From Hypanus sabinus (taxonomy: Eukaryota): 64,000 nucleotides of DNA. The translations under genes were made by a program, and so were the position numbers. The notes beneath the pieces were generated by a model. The model saw nothing but the letters and a program-made list of their open reading frames with translations. It ran no database searches and was not told the DNA's origin. Shown here piece by piece: positions 12,365-23,289 of this stretch; within the stretch, counting starts at the first letter, position 1; the number at the start of each line of letters is the position of its first letter. The stretch lies in contig NC_082706.1 of NCBI RefSeq assembly GCF_030144855.1, positions 102,362,001-102,426,000 on the forward strand. The letters are read 5' to 3'.

Positions 12365-13298
12365 CTAGTTTAAACCCTCCCCAACAGCTCTATCAAACCT
12401 GCCCGCCAGGATATTGGTCCCCCTGGGATTCAAGTGCAATCCGTCCTTTTTGTACAGGTCACACCCGCCCCAAAAGAGGTCCCAATAATCCAGAAATTTG
12501 AACCCCTGACCCCTGCTCCGTTCCCTCAGCCACGCATTTATCCTCCACCTCATTCTATTCTTATTCTCATTGCCACATGGCACAGGCAGTAATCCCGAGA
12601 TTACTGCTTTTGATGTCCTGCTTTTCAACTTCCTTCCTAACTCCCTGTAGTCTTCTTTCAGGACCTCTTCCCTTTTCCTTCCTATGTCATTGGTAATAAT
12701 ATGTACCACGACCTCTGACTGTTCTCCCTCCCACAGTAGGATATCTTGGACACGATCAGAAATATTCTGGACCCTGGCACCTGGGAGGCAAACTACCATC
12801 CGAGTTTCTTTCCTGAGTTCACAGAATCGCCTGTCAGACCCCCTGACTATAGAGTCCCCTATCACTACTGCCTCCCTCTTCCTTTCCCTACCCTTCTGAG
12901 CCACAGGGCCAGACTCTGTCCCAGAGGTAAGGCCACTGTCACTTTCCCCAGGTAGGCTGTCCCCCGCAACAGTACTCAAACAGGAGTACTTATTGTCAAG
13001 GGGTACAGCCACAGGGGTACTCTCTAGTACCTGACTCTTCCCCTTCCCTCTCCTGACTGTGACCCATTTCTCTGTCCCCTGTGGCTCCGGAGTGACCACC
13101 TGTCTGTAACTCCTCTCTATCACCTCCTCACTCTCCCTGACCAGACAAAGGTCATCGAGCTGCATCTCCGGTTCCCTAACACAGTCCCTTAGGAGTTGTA
13201 TCTCGATGCACTGGGGGGAGGTGTGGCCGTCTGGGCTGCTGGGAGACTCCAGGACCTCACATCTGACACCGACCACAGAAAACCAGCCTCACACACAT
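12365..13298 (-). pseudogene. CR1 ORF1: Zn-finger-like N-terminus, coiled coil, SGNH/GDSL esterase
   Basis: VIGDSIVRG (block I), HIITNDI (decayed GTND), DGLHLN (DxxH). Likely true ATG at 13298 (MCVRLVFCGRCQM), followed by a frameshift into the 303-aa ORF. Confidence 0.9.
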
Positions 13299-13409
13299 AC
13301 TACTTCCTTTAGCAATCAACAACTGCCTCGCCTCGTTGTGTTACCGCCAAAGCCTCTCACTCTGCTGCCTCTCACTCCGCTGCCCACTGGATATGGCTGC
13401 CTTCGTTTT

Positions 13410-13455
13410 AAACTGTTCGCGCTCAACAGGCTGACGTCACGCGCCTGCGCAGTCT
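13410..13455 (-). promoter_or_regulatory. Putative CR1 internal promoter motifs (NRF1-like, CRE, TATA-like)
   Basis: Minus strand: TGCGCAGGCGCG TGACGTCA ... TTTAAAA in the CpG-rich 5' UTR. Confidence 0.5.
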
Positions 13456-13534
13456 GGCCTCTCTTCCCCGAGAACTCAAAATGTCTTCCCGCTGGAAATC
13501 CTTAGGTGCTCTCCCACTGCCTTCTCATTCCGAA

Positions 13535-14520
13535 TCTTTAATGCCGTGTCCAATCAAGAACTTAACAAGCTGTGCCTTAATATACCCAAAGGCTTGGCCT
13601 GCCCCCTGCCTGTTGTAACAGATTCCACAAATGCACCTTCCTGTGGCTAAAGAAATTTCTCTGCATCTTTTTTTTAAATGGACGCACCTCTATCCTGAGG
13701 CTGTGCCCTGTTGTCCTAGACTCCCCCACCATGGGAAACATCCTTTCCACATCTGTTTTGTCTAGGCATTTCAACATTTGAAAGATTTCAATGAGATCTC
13801 CTCTCATCCTTCTAAATTTCAGCAAGTACAGATCTAGAGCCACCAAATGTTCCTCGTATGATAACCCTTTCATTCCCAGAATCACCTTTGTAAACCTCCT
13901 CTGAATCCTCTCCAATGCCGGCACATCTTTTCAAAGATGTTGAGCCCAGAACTGTTCACAATACTTAGGGTGAGACCTCACCAGGGCCTTATAAGGCCTC
14001 AGTATCATAAGCCTGCTCTTGTGTTCTAGACCTGTTGTAATGAATGCTAACATTGCATTTGCCTTCCTCACCACCAATTCAACCTGCAAGTTAACCTTTA
14101 AAGTGTTCAACACAAAGACTTTCAAGTCCCTTTGCACCTCAGATTTTTGGATTTTCTCCCTGTTTAGAAAATAGTCCACACATTTATTTCTTCTACCAAA
14201 GTGCATGACCATACATTTTCCAACATTGTATTTCATTTGACACTTTCTTGCCCATTTTCCCAATCTGTCCAAGTCCTTCTGCATCCTACCTGTTTCCTCA
14301 ACACTATCTGCCCCTCCTCCAATCTTCGTATCATCTGCAAACTTGGCCACAAAGCTATTTAATTCACCATTTAAATCATCGATATACAGCACAAAAAGAA
14401 ACGGTCCCAACACCGAGCCCTGCAGAACACCACCAGTCACTGGCAGCCAACCGGAAAAGGATCTTTTTATTCCCACCCACTGCCTCCTACCTATCAGCCA
14501 ATGCTCTAACCATGCCAGTC
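13535..14520 (-). mobile_element. CR1 RT/C-terminal part; host copy of the 9281-13534 insertions
   Basis: ORFs 13931-14536 (QGSVLGP, FADD) and 13577-13924 (LERIQRRFT, RMRGDLIE). Confidence 0.92.
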
Positions 14521-14524
14521 TAAT

Positions 14525-14675
14525 CAGTAAACACAAAGTACACTGCAGATGCTGTGGTCAAAGCAAGACGTACAAAAAAGCTGGATGAACTCAGCAGATC
14601 GGGCAACATCCGTTTACAGCTCATTTCAACAGATGCTGCCTGATCTACTGAGTTCACCCAGCTTTTTTGTACGTC
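14525..14675. mobile_element. Fold-back mini-element derived from a Penelope terminal repeat
   Basis: Inverted arms at 14567-14614 and 14628-14675; sequence shared with the PLE ends at 46690 and 61510. Confidence 0.7.
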
Positions 14676-15304
14676 CAGTTTAATCAGTGTTTTGGAAATT
14701 TGGAACGTAACACTCCAACTCTTATATTCTAAGCCCCGACCTATGAAAATAACCATACAACTATTTCACCACTTACTACAGCAACTGAGATCATAAAGAC
14801 AGCATATTTAAACCTGGCAGTGCTGAAGCATTAAATGAGGACAGAGATCTTCAAGGGTTTAGGTGGGGTGAAAAGAACCGCGGAGAGGCAGCGTTGTGAC
14901 TTTCAATGGGCTACGTAGATGTAAAGCATGACTTTATTCAGCTGAAGCAGACGTTCAGGATGATATTGGGAGAGTCTCTCTGAACCTAGGGTACAATGAG
15001 TTTATACTCTTAAAGCTTAACGGTAGCAGCAGGTGATTAAATTGAGTTTCAGTTACATTGATGCACTACAGAAAGCATCCTCTCTGAATGCACAAGCACT
15101 TGGTACGGCAACTGAAAGAAACTGCAGAGAGTTGTGAACACACTCAGCACTCAGCCTCCATGGCCGCTGCCTGCTCTTCTCACTGTCTCGACAAAGCAGT
15201 TACCATCAGACATAAGCCTGAAAGCACATACCACCAGGTTCAAGGGCAGCTTATATCCTATAGTTATAAGACTATTGAATGGTCTTACTAATTTATCGAG
15301 ATAC

Positions 15305-15535
15305 AGCCTGGAGCAGATCCTTCCAACTCTTCAAGCCGCACCACTGAGCAAACCCCCAACTTAATCTGAGCCTAATTACAGTGACCAATTGACCTACCAA
15401 CCAGTGTGCTCCCAAAAGGTATCCACATGGTAATGGGGAGAACATACAAACTCCCTGCTGACAGCGGCAGAACTGAACCTATGTGGCTAGCGCTGTATTC
15501 GCATTTTGCTAATCACTATGCTACCTTGCCACCCA
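15305..15535 (-). mobile_element. V-SINE-like element
   Basis: 'ggggagaacatacaaactcc' (V-domain flank) and a tRNA-like head toward 15480-15530. Confidence 0.6.
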
Positions 15536-17096
15536 AGTAAGGAGAGGAGAATCAAAAAGGGTTTCAAGGAGAACTCGGGTAAAACTAGAAATGTCTTATT
15601 TTCATCTATGTTGTTGTCTTGCCATATATATTGTGGTTCAAATTAGCTGCCATTGCTTACAAATTATGAAAATAACAGGAATTAAGAAAATCTTCTCAAA
15701 TAAGATGTGCTCCCATTGCAACTATGTAATTCCACTTGCCTGCATGTAAAATTATTGAAGAGAACTCTGCAAATTTAACTATTTTTTAAATTGCTAAACT
15801 GGTTTATTTTCATGGACCAAGGTGCAGGGAAAAACTTTGTTTTGCAAGCCATCCATACAGGTCAGATCATTATGCAATACGTTGAGGTAGTACAAAGGAA
15901 AACAGTAACAGAATGTAGAATCAGGTGTAACCGTTCCAGAGAAAGGACAGAGCAGGCAGACAACAAGGTGCAAAGCCATAACCAGGTAGAGTGTGAGGTC
16001 AAATGTTCATCCAGGTTGGATGGGAAGAGACTCAATATTGAAGTACAACTTTAGGAAACGATATCTCTCTAGTATGTATTTTATTTTCCTTTTTTTGTTT
16101 TTGTCTCTCTGGGCGTGGAGCAGTCTGACCAACCCAATATGTCTACCAGCTCTGCATTTCACAATTCCCACGGTCTTTTGTCTATGTTCTCACTCACTAA
16201 CTGCTCCCATTCTCACTTTGACCGGACAACCTTGCTTACATCTTATCCCCATGGTCACCCCAGTTTTACCTGTCACATACACCCCCGTCCCCACTCTCTC
16301 AGCAGCTTAACAAACTTCTTCTCTCTGCTTCCTGGCTCTGATGAGGAGCCTTCAACCCAAAATGTTAGCTTTCATTTGTTCCTCTTCCCACAGATGCGGC
16401 CTGATCTGTTGAGTATTTCAGTGTATATTTTGTTTTTTATAATAGACAGTTGTGTTTTGAGCTACTCCCTTCTCTTCAGGGATGCAACTAATTCCCCTAA
16501 ACGTGGTCCAGCCATCAAAGGATTTGTTGGGTTGACCATGTGATGGATTGACTATTATGGCTGGTCTGTCATTTGCATTTCAACAGCACTCCTAGTAAGT
16601 AGATAATCTACTGTCCTCCAATGTACAAACATTTTTGGACATTTGTATCCTTTTAAATTCCCACCCTCAATAGCTTTGCTACTTTCTGTGTGTTTATAAA
16701 GAATGAGACATGGTACTGCAGACCCAGGAAGAATCACAAGAGTGGGAAATGGCCAGAGTTGTACCACAGCAATGCAAATCCTGGTGTGGTTACACCTGGA
16801 GCAATGGATATGGCTCAGGGCTCCAGAATTACAATATGTATGTCTTGTCTCAGGAGGAAGGAAGCTTAAATGACACTTGGACAACAACGGAAGATTATAA
16901 ACACAAAAGGCAATAAGAAAGATTGAGAGGCGATGTTTTTGAAGTTTCAGGATATGAAGGAAGCCTGATAGGATTTGGTGGAAGAATGAAAAAGAGAGCA
17001 AGACAGAAGGACAAAGAGGCAGTGACAGACATAAAGATAGAGAAAGATTCAGGTACAGACAGATGGAGAGACCGAGACAATGGTATACAGAGGAAC

Positions 17097-17120
17097 AGAG
17101 AGAGAGAGAGAGAGAGAGAG
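17097..17120. repeat. (AG)12 microsatellite ending a ~220-bp purine-rich tract
   Basis: Directly visible in the sequence. Confidence 0.95.
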
Positions 17121-17499
17121 AATCTATTTCCACTAGCCAGGAGCTTACAGATCAGGTAAGATCTCATCAGCTGACAAAGAGGCTGAATGGCTTCTTCCTG
17201 TTCTCCATCAAGGAGTTTTTCATTATGGGTTTGTGTTGAAGATGTCAATACTTTGGCTCTCCTGCCTCCTGTGACGTAAGGGATCAATTTTCTTCTCCCA
17301 CCCTGTTATGTCTTCATATCCTGGGCATCTGCTGTGACAGGACACTGAAGCCGGAATGGTCTGGAATTGGAATTGGAATTGGTTTATTATGTTACATGTA
17401 CTGACATACAGTCAAAGGTTTGCCTTACATACTGTCTGTCACCTTCCATGGCCAGACAAGGTTTGGGTGAGTACCATTCATGGCTTGGATTTCAAAATA

Positions 17500-17775
17500 G
17501 TGTGGACTCAAGTCCCACTCTGTAACTTGAGCATCTAACTTTAAGTTAGCGTTGTCAATATATTGCAGAGAGAGGGTGTCTCTGTGGCACATTATAGTTG
17601 AAACATTAAACTAAGACCCACATAGTATGGAGTCAAGTAGTTCACAATGGGAGAGTTCTCCTTTGGCTTCTGGGCAAATTAAAACAAAGCAAAGTAACTA
17701 CCTTGTCGGTGTTTTCAGGACGTTGCTGCACACAAACTGCACATACTTGGCTGAGTGTTTTGGAATATCCAATGT
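17500..17775 (+). mobile_element. DeuSINE-like SINE remnant
   Basis: 'ctcaagtcccactc..acttgagca', 'gaaacattaaac', 'gggagagttctcc' and 'ttggctg..tttggaatatcc' occur in DeuSINE order. Confidence 0.55.
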
Positions 17776-18929
17776 TCACCAGTCTGAAACTTTGCAGAAG
17801 ACGTCAGTGTTTAAACTGTCTACCATCCATGAGTCCAGGTTGCCTGCCTTACTTCTGGAGAATCTGACGCAGCCCCAGGCTCTCTCACGTTCCTCCACTG
17901 TTCTCCACAGACCATGTGTCAGACTGAGCAGCTGGAAATCGGTTCTCTTCCTGTAATGATGCAACGATTGCTGGCAGAACAAAGAAGCGCTTCTTTCAAG
18001 CGAAGGGTATGGCTGGGAGAAATAAACCCCACATTTGGAGATGGTGTGCTGCCAGTAGACATACTTCATTCCAAAACATCCCACAAATATTCCCCTTTCT
18101 ACAGCTCCTTTGTGCAGTGTTAAACCAGAGATTGGGCTCCTGATTTTCTGCCTGATAAGCCTCCAATATTCCATCCCAGCTCTGGTCAGGCCCAGATGTG
18201 GAGGATGGACCTCATCAATCCTTCTGTCTAACCTACTTTTGCTTCTATACACAGTCTCCTTTGCCGGCAGAAGTGATGACACCCAGAGTCCAAGAAAATG
18301 GATGGTTTGCCAGTCAGCAGGAGCAGCTAGTACAGTGGTTACACTATCAGAAGCTTAAACTGTAGGCACGTGTTCAACTCCCACAGCAGCAGTGGAATTT
18401 AAATATATCAGTAATACCCATGGAATTAGTGGTCTGTCACCAAGTCTTCATCTGCGTCTCCAATGAACACAGGAAAATAGGAACATGAGGAGGCTGCTTA
18501 TCTCCTCAAGGCTAACCACCATTCACAGTGTTAGACTGCATTCCCTATGACCCACTCTCTTTTACACATGCCTGGCGTCAGGTTTTACGGTTGGGGAGGT
18601 CAGTGATGCATGGATGAGGAACAAAGTGGAGGAGGGAGCTCCAGCCTCTCATGTTTCAGATACTAAGATGAGAATGCAGAGGTGTGCTGGGTGTTTATCT
18701 TCCCTGCTGTCTGGCCCATTATTGTCCAATAAACATGTGGAATATAAGGCACTGATAATCCTGTCCTTACTTGTAGGAGCCTGTTGTGCACTTTGCTTCC
18801 TACATCAGTGTCTCATTCTGATTTGATTTTATTTGCATTCATTATCCCTGGCTTCCTTCTCCTCCACTGGAATGTCAGGTGGAACTCCCTGAGAGAGAAT
18901 GGGCAGCTGCTTCTAAAGACGGAGAAGTC

Positions 18930-19240
18930 TGGGAAATTATGAGGGGTCTAGATAGAGCAAATGCAAGCAGACGTTTTCCACCAAGGTTGGGTGAGACTAG
19001 AGCTAGAGGTCAATAGTTAAGGGTGAAAGGTGAAATATTTAAGCACTCAGAGGCTGGAGCGAGTGTAGAACAGGCTGTCATCAGCAGAATGGTGGATGTG
19101 GGTTCAAATGCAACATTTAAGAGAAGTTTGGATAAGTACATGAATGGAAGGAGAATGGAGGGCTTTGGTCCAGGTGAGGGTCAATGGGGCTGGGCAGAAT
19201 TACTCTTTGGCATGAGTCGAAGTTTTGTAGTGCTCTCTGC
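18930..19240 (+). mobile_element. CR1 3' fragment
   Basis: 'attatgaggggtctagatagag...catttaagagaagtttggataagtacatg' (TFKRSLDKYM). Confidence 0.8.
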
Positions 19241-20904
19241 CTCAAAGTGATCCAACAAGTCAATTGAATTTATCATCATGCATCATGTACAAGTATGGTG
19301 AGTTACAGATACAATGAAAATGGTGCTTGCAACAGCATCATGGCACGCAGGCAAGGACAACTAACAGGATATTAATAATACATAAATATTTCACTATACA
19401 CTAAGAGAAAGACTGAGCAAGAGGAAGACCTTAGTGCAATAAAACAATGCAACATCATAGACAAGTCCGTGGTCTTGCAAAAGATGATCAGTAATGTACT
19501 GTTGCTGAGATGGGGTTAGGACTGTTCAGGCCAGTTTAAGAACCTGATAGCTGTGAAAGTCAAGTTCATTCTCATGCACAGTTACAAGTTTGAAACACTT
19601 GCAGCAACAACACAGGCACATGGCATCATATAAGCAGCATTCACAAGAAAAGCATAAAAATAATACACTATTTCTTATGGTAAAACACAGAACAATAAAG
19701 TCCATTTTAGTGCAAAAGTGTTGATAGCATTGCTAAAATGTAGTAATCAAGACTCTGCTGGTCAGTTCAAGAGGTGAATGGTTGAAGGAAAGTAGTGGTT
19801 CTTGTGTGGGATTGGATCTGCAAAGCCCTGGCTGGGAACAGAGTGATTGGCTCAAGAGTGTGGTGAGCTCCCGGTAGACCAGCCATGCTGAAAGCGACCC
19901 AGTTCAAGCTCTCCCTCAGCACACACAAGGGCACTGTAGAGTCGCCAGCCTGAATGGACGGGCCTGACACAGCTGGGCTCTCTGCCGGTTGGTTTAAACG
20001 TGTTGGTGTTCTGGTCTGACCTCATTCCGGAATCGAAGCACAGCTGTCGCCAGGTCATGCTTAGCACCGTGTCTGTGTGAGGATGGCGACGGTACACCGA
20101 ACCAGCTGAGTTACCAGGGTTTAACTTGTTTCTCACACAAAGATCCAATAGCTGCACAATTCATTGGAGGGACTTTCATGCATTTTCTTTAGAATCTGGC
20201 TCATGGCTCATAAAGCTGGCATTTATTACCCATCTCTGATTGTCCCCTTGAGAAGATGGCATGAGCTCTATGTCTCGTTGGATCTTCTCATAGGTGGTTA
20301 AATGCCATCCAGTTTAATTGGCCTGAAGGTAGAAACAGGCTGGGAGGTGGGAGGGGTGTTGTGGGGGGTGGGGGGAAGGATATCAGCTGATTCGCTTTCC
20401 TGAAGAAACTAAACGAACAGCTGGGTTTTGATAAAACTCTGGTAGTTTCATGGTCCTGTCACGGAGGCTTTGCTTTTATGATCCAAATGTTTTAATTAAC
20501 TTGAATTTAAATTCCACAGCTACCATGGTGGGATTTGAGCTCATCCCTCATGCTTTCCTGGTAACAGAAGCCTCATTATACCACAAACTTACAGCACAGA
20601 GTAGACCCGTCTGTCCCACTACTCCACTCCTTTGCGTCTGTCCCTCATACACTCCCTCCTATTATCTCCACGGCCCCATCACTGTCTCGGCCCCTCTCCC
20701 TCCTGGGGGGGTCTTCAATCCCCACTGCTCACCTCAAGGCTTTGCTGTGGGAGAGAGCTTTACATTCCCCTCACCTTCTCACTACCCCCCCCCCCCCCGC
20801 CCCATGCTCTGAGAGAGAAGACTGTTCCAAACTTCCCTTTAGAGATCGTTTTACATTTATAATCCCTGACTCCAGATTTCCCACATCTGGTAACTTCCTC
20901 ACTC

Positions 20905-21245
20905 TTTAGGGCAGTATATTGGCGCTGCCTCATAGCTTCAAATCCTTATTTCAGGTTCTGTCTGAGTGGTGTTTGCACGCTCTCTTTATGGGCCTGTAGT
21001 GTTGCCTCAGGTGCTCCAGTTTCCTCCCTCATCCCAAAAGCACACAGGTTGGGAGATTCATTGGCCGTTGTAAATTGCTCCGATGTATAGGTGAGTGGTA
21101 GAATCTGGGTGGGGGCAAGGAGTTAATGGGAATGTGGGAAATAATGTGTCACAGGGAAATAAGGGGGGAAGGGGACTGATGGAATTGCTCAGAGACCTGA
21201 CATTGATGGGCTGAAAGGCCTCTTGTGTTGTGAGAAAATATGAGA
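20905..21245 (+). mobile_element. V-SINE (HE1-like)
   Basis: V-domain 'ggtgctccagtttcctccctcatcccaaaag', 'attggccgttgtaaattg', and CR1-like tail 'gggctgaaaggcctc'. Confidence 0.8.
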
Positions 21246-22189
21246 GACTTATAAAATAAGATGTTAAAATATCTTGCACAGTTCTGGTCACCAACTCACA
21301 ACACACAAAGCCGAGGGGCTAATGAGATCGCAATCTTTGTGTCTCTGCTGACTCTGAATGTTGCTGGCAAAATGCCATGCAATAAATTATCCATTAGTTA
21401 CATCTGGCAAATTGTTTAATCCTGATGTAGGAAATGCTAATTTTGACTTGCTCGGCAGAACACAAGAATATAAGAACAGGAGAAGGTCACGCAACCCGAC
21501 AAACTTACCCCATCACCCAGCGTGATCTATGCTGGTCTCAGCTCCTCTCTGGGCTGGGTGGCTGAACATTGGGAAGAGCGATACAATTATACAGTGCAGT
21601 AACAGGCCATTCGGCCCGACTCATGCATGCCAACCAAAAGAGATGGGAGTGACCAGACTGAATGGTCATAAATACCTGACAAATTTAAATAGGATCTCAG
21701 GGGAAACTCCCTGGAAATTAGTTAATGCATCTCAGCTGTGACCCCAGCCCATGCCTACCATTTACAGCTGGCATGCTCATACAGATACAATTTGTGTCTT
21801 TGTGCCAAAAGAGGACCCCTATGACAATCAGAACCAACCACAGTTCCTCTCCCCAATAATGAGCCCTGGAACGTTGATCTCTTTTCTGGCTTGTCCCAGG
21901 AGAAGCAATGTTCAGGTGAGGAGCACCCATTTGCAGATGTTCTCACAGCTGGACATGAGAAGCAGGTGGAGCACGGAGTCTTGTCCAGGTTTGGTTGCTC
22001 ACCCGGTCTCCTCTGTTGCAATGGCCAGGGGCAGACTCAGCTAAAAGCACTATTATAAAAGCAGGAAACAACAGTGACGCTCAGCAGATCAGCAGCTCTC
22101 CAGAGTCCCACTACCCCCAGCGATTTTCTTTCCTGTCTCAAGCATCTACAGATACTTGCTTTGCTCAAAAATATTATCTTTCCTTATTT

Positions 22190-23150
22190 TGTCAAGTTCA
22201 AGTTTATTGCCATGGGCAGTCATACAAAGCGTATATAAATGCCATAAAAATTAGCTTTTTATAGCGCCATTAAAAACATGACAAACATAAGATAACATAA
22301 ACTTAAATTAACACAAGTTATACACAATTTAAGCATGCATAAATAAACAACAAGATCATGCAAAATTGCTGGAGAAAGAAATACAGCCTGAGACAATGTT
22401 AGGGTTTCTCCGATTTGTTAGAGAATCTGATGGCTGTGTGGAAGAAGGCGTTGTTGAACCTGGAGGTGATGGCATTCAGGCTGCTGTACCTCCTGCTTTA
22501 TGACAGCATCGAGAAGACGGTATGACCCAGACAGTGGGAGGGTCCCTGATGGATGTTGCCTTCCTATGACATCACCTCTTGTAGATGTCCTCGTGTGTGG
22601 GGAAAGCTGTAGCCATGATGGAGCTCGCCGAGTCCGCCATCTTCTCCACCCTCTTGCATTCCTGTGCATTGGAGTTTCTATACCAGGCTGTAAAGTCACC
22701 AGTCAGAATGCCCATCTGTAAAGGTTTTCCAGAGTTTTTGAGGATATGCTACATGTCCTTAAACTTCTGAGAAAGTTGCTGGCATGGGTGCATCTATGTG
22801 GCCAGTTTAGATCCTCCAAGATGCTGACACCAAGGAAGTTGAAGTTGCTCCCCCTTTCCACTGTTCCTGCAGAGAGGGCTGTCATGTTTTTGTCTGTTTT
22901 GCCCTGAAACGCATTCCTTCATTTTGCTGACACTGAGTGCCAAGTTGTTGTTACGACTCCACTCAATCAGCAGACCTAGCTAACCCTTGCGTGCTGCCTC
23001 ATCACCAACCGTGATACTGCCAACAATGGTGGTGTCATTGGCAAATTTGTACATGGCGTTTGACCAATGCTAAACCCCATAGGTATAGAGAGAGTAGTGT
23101 TGGGGGCTAAACACGCTGCCCGAGCTGAGTTTTGTTGGTCGTCAATGACT
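22190..23150 (-). mobile_element. Decayed Rex1/Babar-L2-type LINE 3' portion
   Basis: Minus peptide NFNFLGVSILEDLNW...FLRSLR; KFANDT-like RT remnant near 23040; tail 'gtcaagttcaag' on +. Confidence 0.8.
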
Positions 23151-23289
23151 GGTAATCTGGTAATTGACAACTGGTTTATTATCATCACATGTACCAAGAT
23201 ACAGTGAAAAACTTTGTTTTGCTGTCAACAATACAGATTGCTTCATCACATCAGTACAGGGGGGAAATACTTCAATGATATGACAAGTC

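Larger units (their letters stand above)
9346..13534 (-). mobile_element. Near-full-length CR1-clade LINE (5' UTR, SGNH ORF1, APE-RT ORF2, TTCTATGG-type tail), inactivated by frameshifts
   Basis: Consecutive minus ORFs carry esterase, endonuclease and RT motifs. Tail seen as tagaa-ctatagaa-ccatagaa on +. Confidence 0.95.

Noticed and set aside
10143-12955. Several plus-strand ORFs overlapping the CR1
   Set aside because: Antisense shadows of LINE coding sequence.
12365-13276. Host GDSL lipase/esterase gene
   Set aside because: Intronless and directly upstream of an APE-RT ORF2, so it is LINE ORF1.
16555-17133. 192-aa minus ORF rich in Leu/Ser
   Set aside because: Artefact of the complementary CT-rich low-complexity tract.
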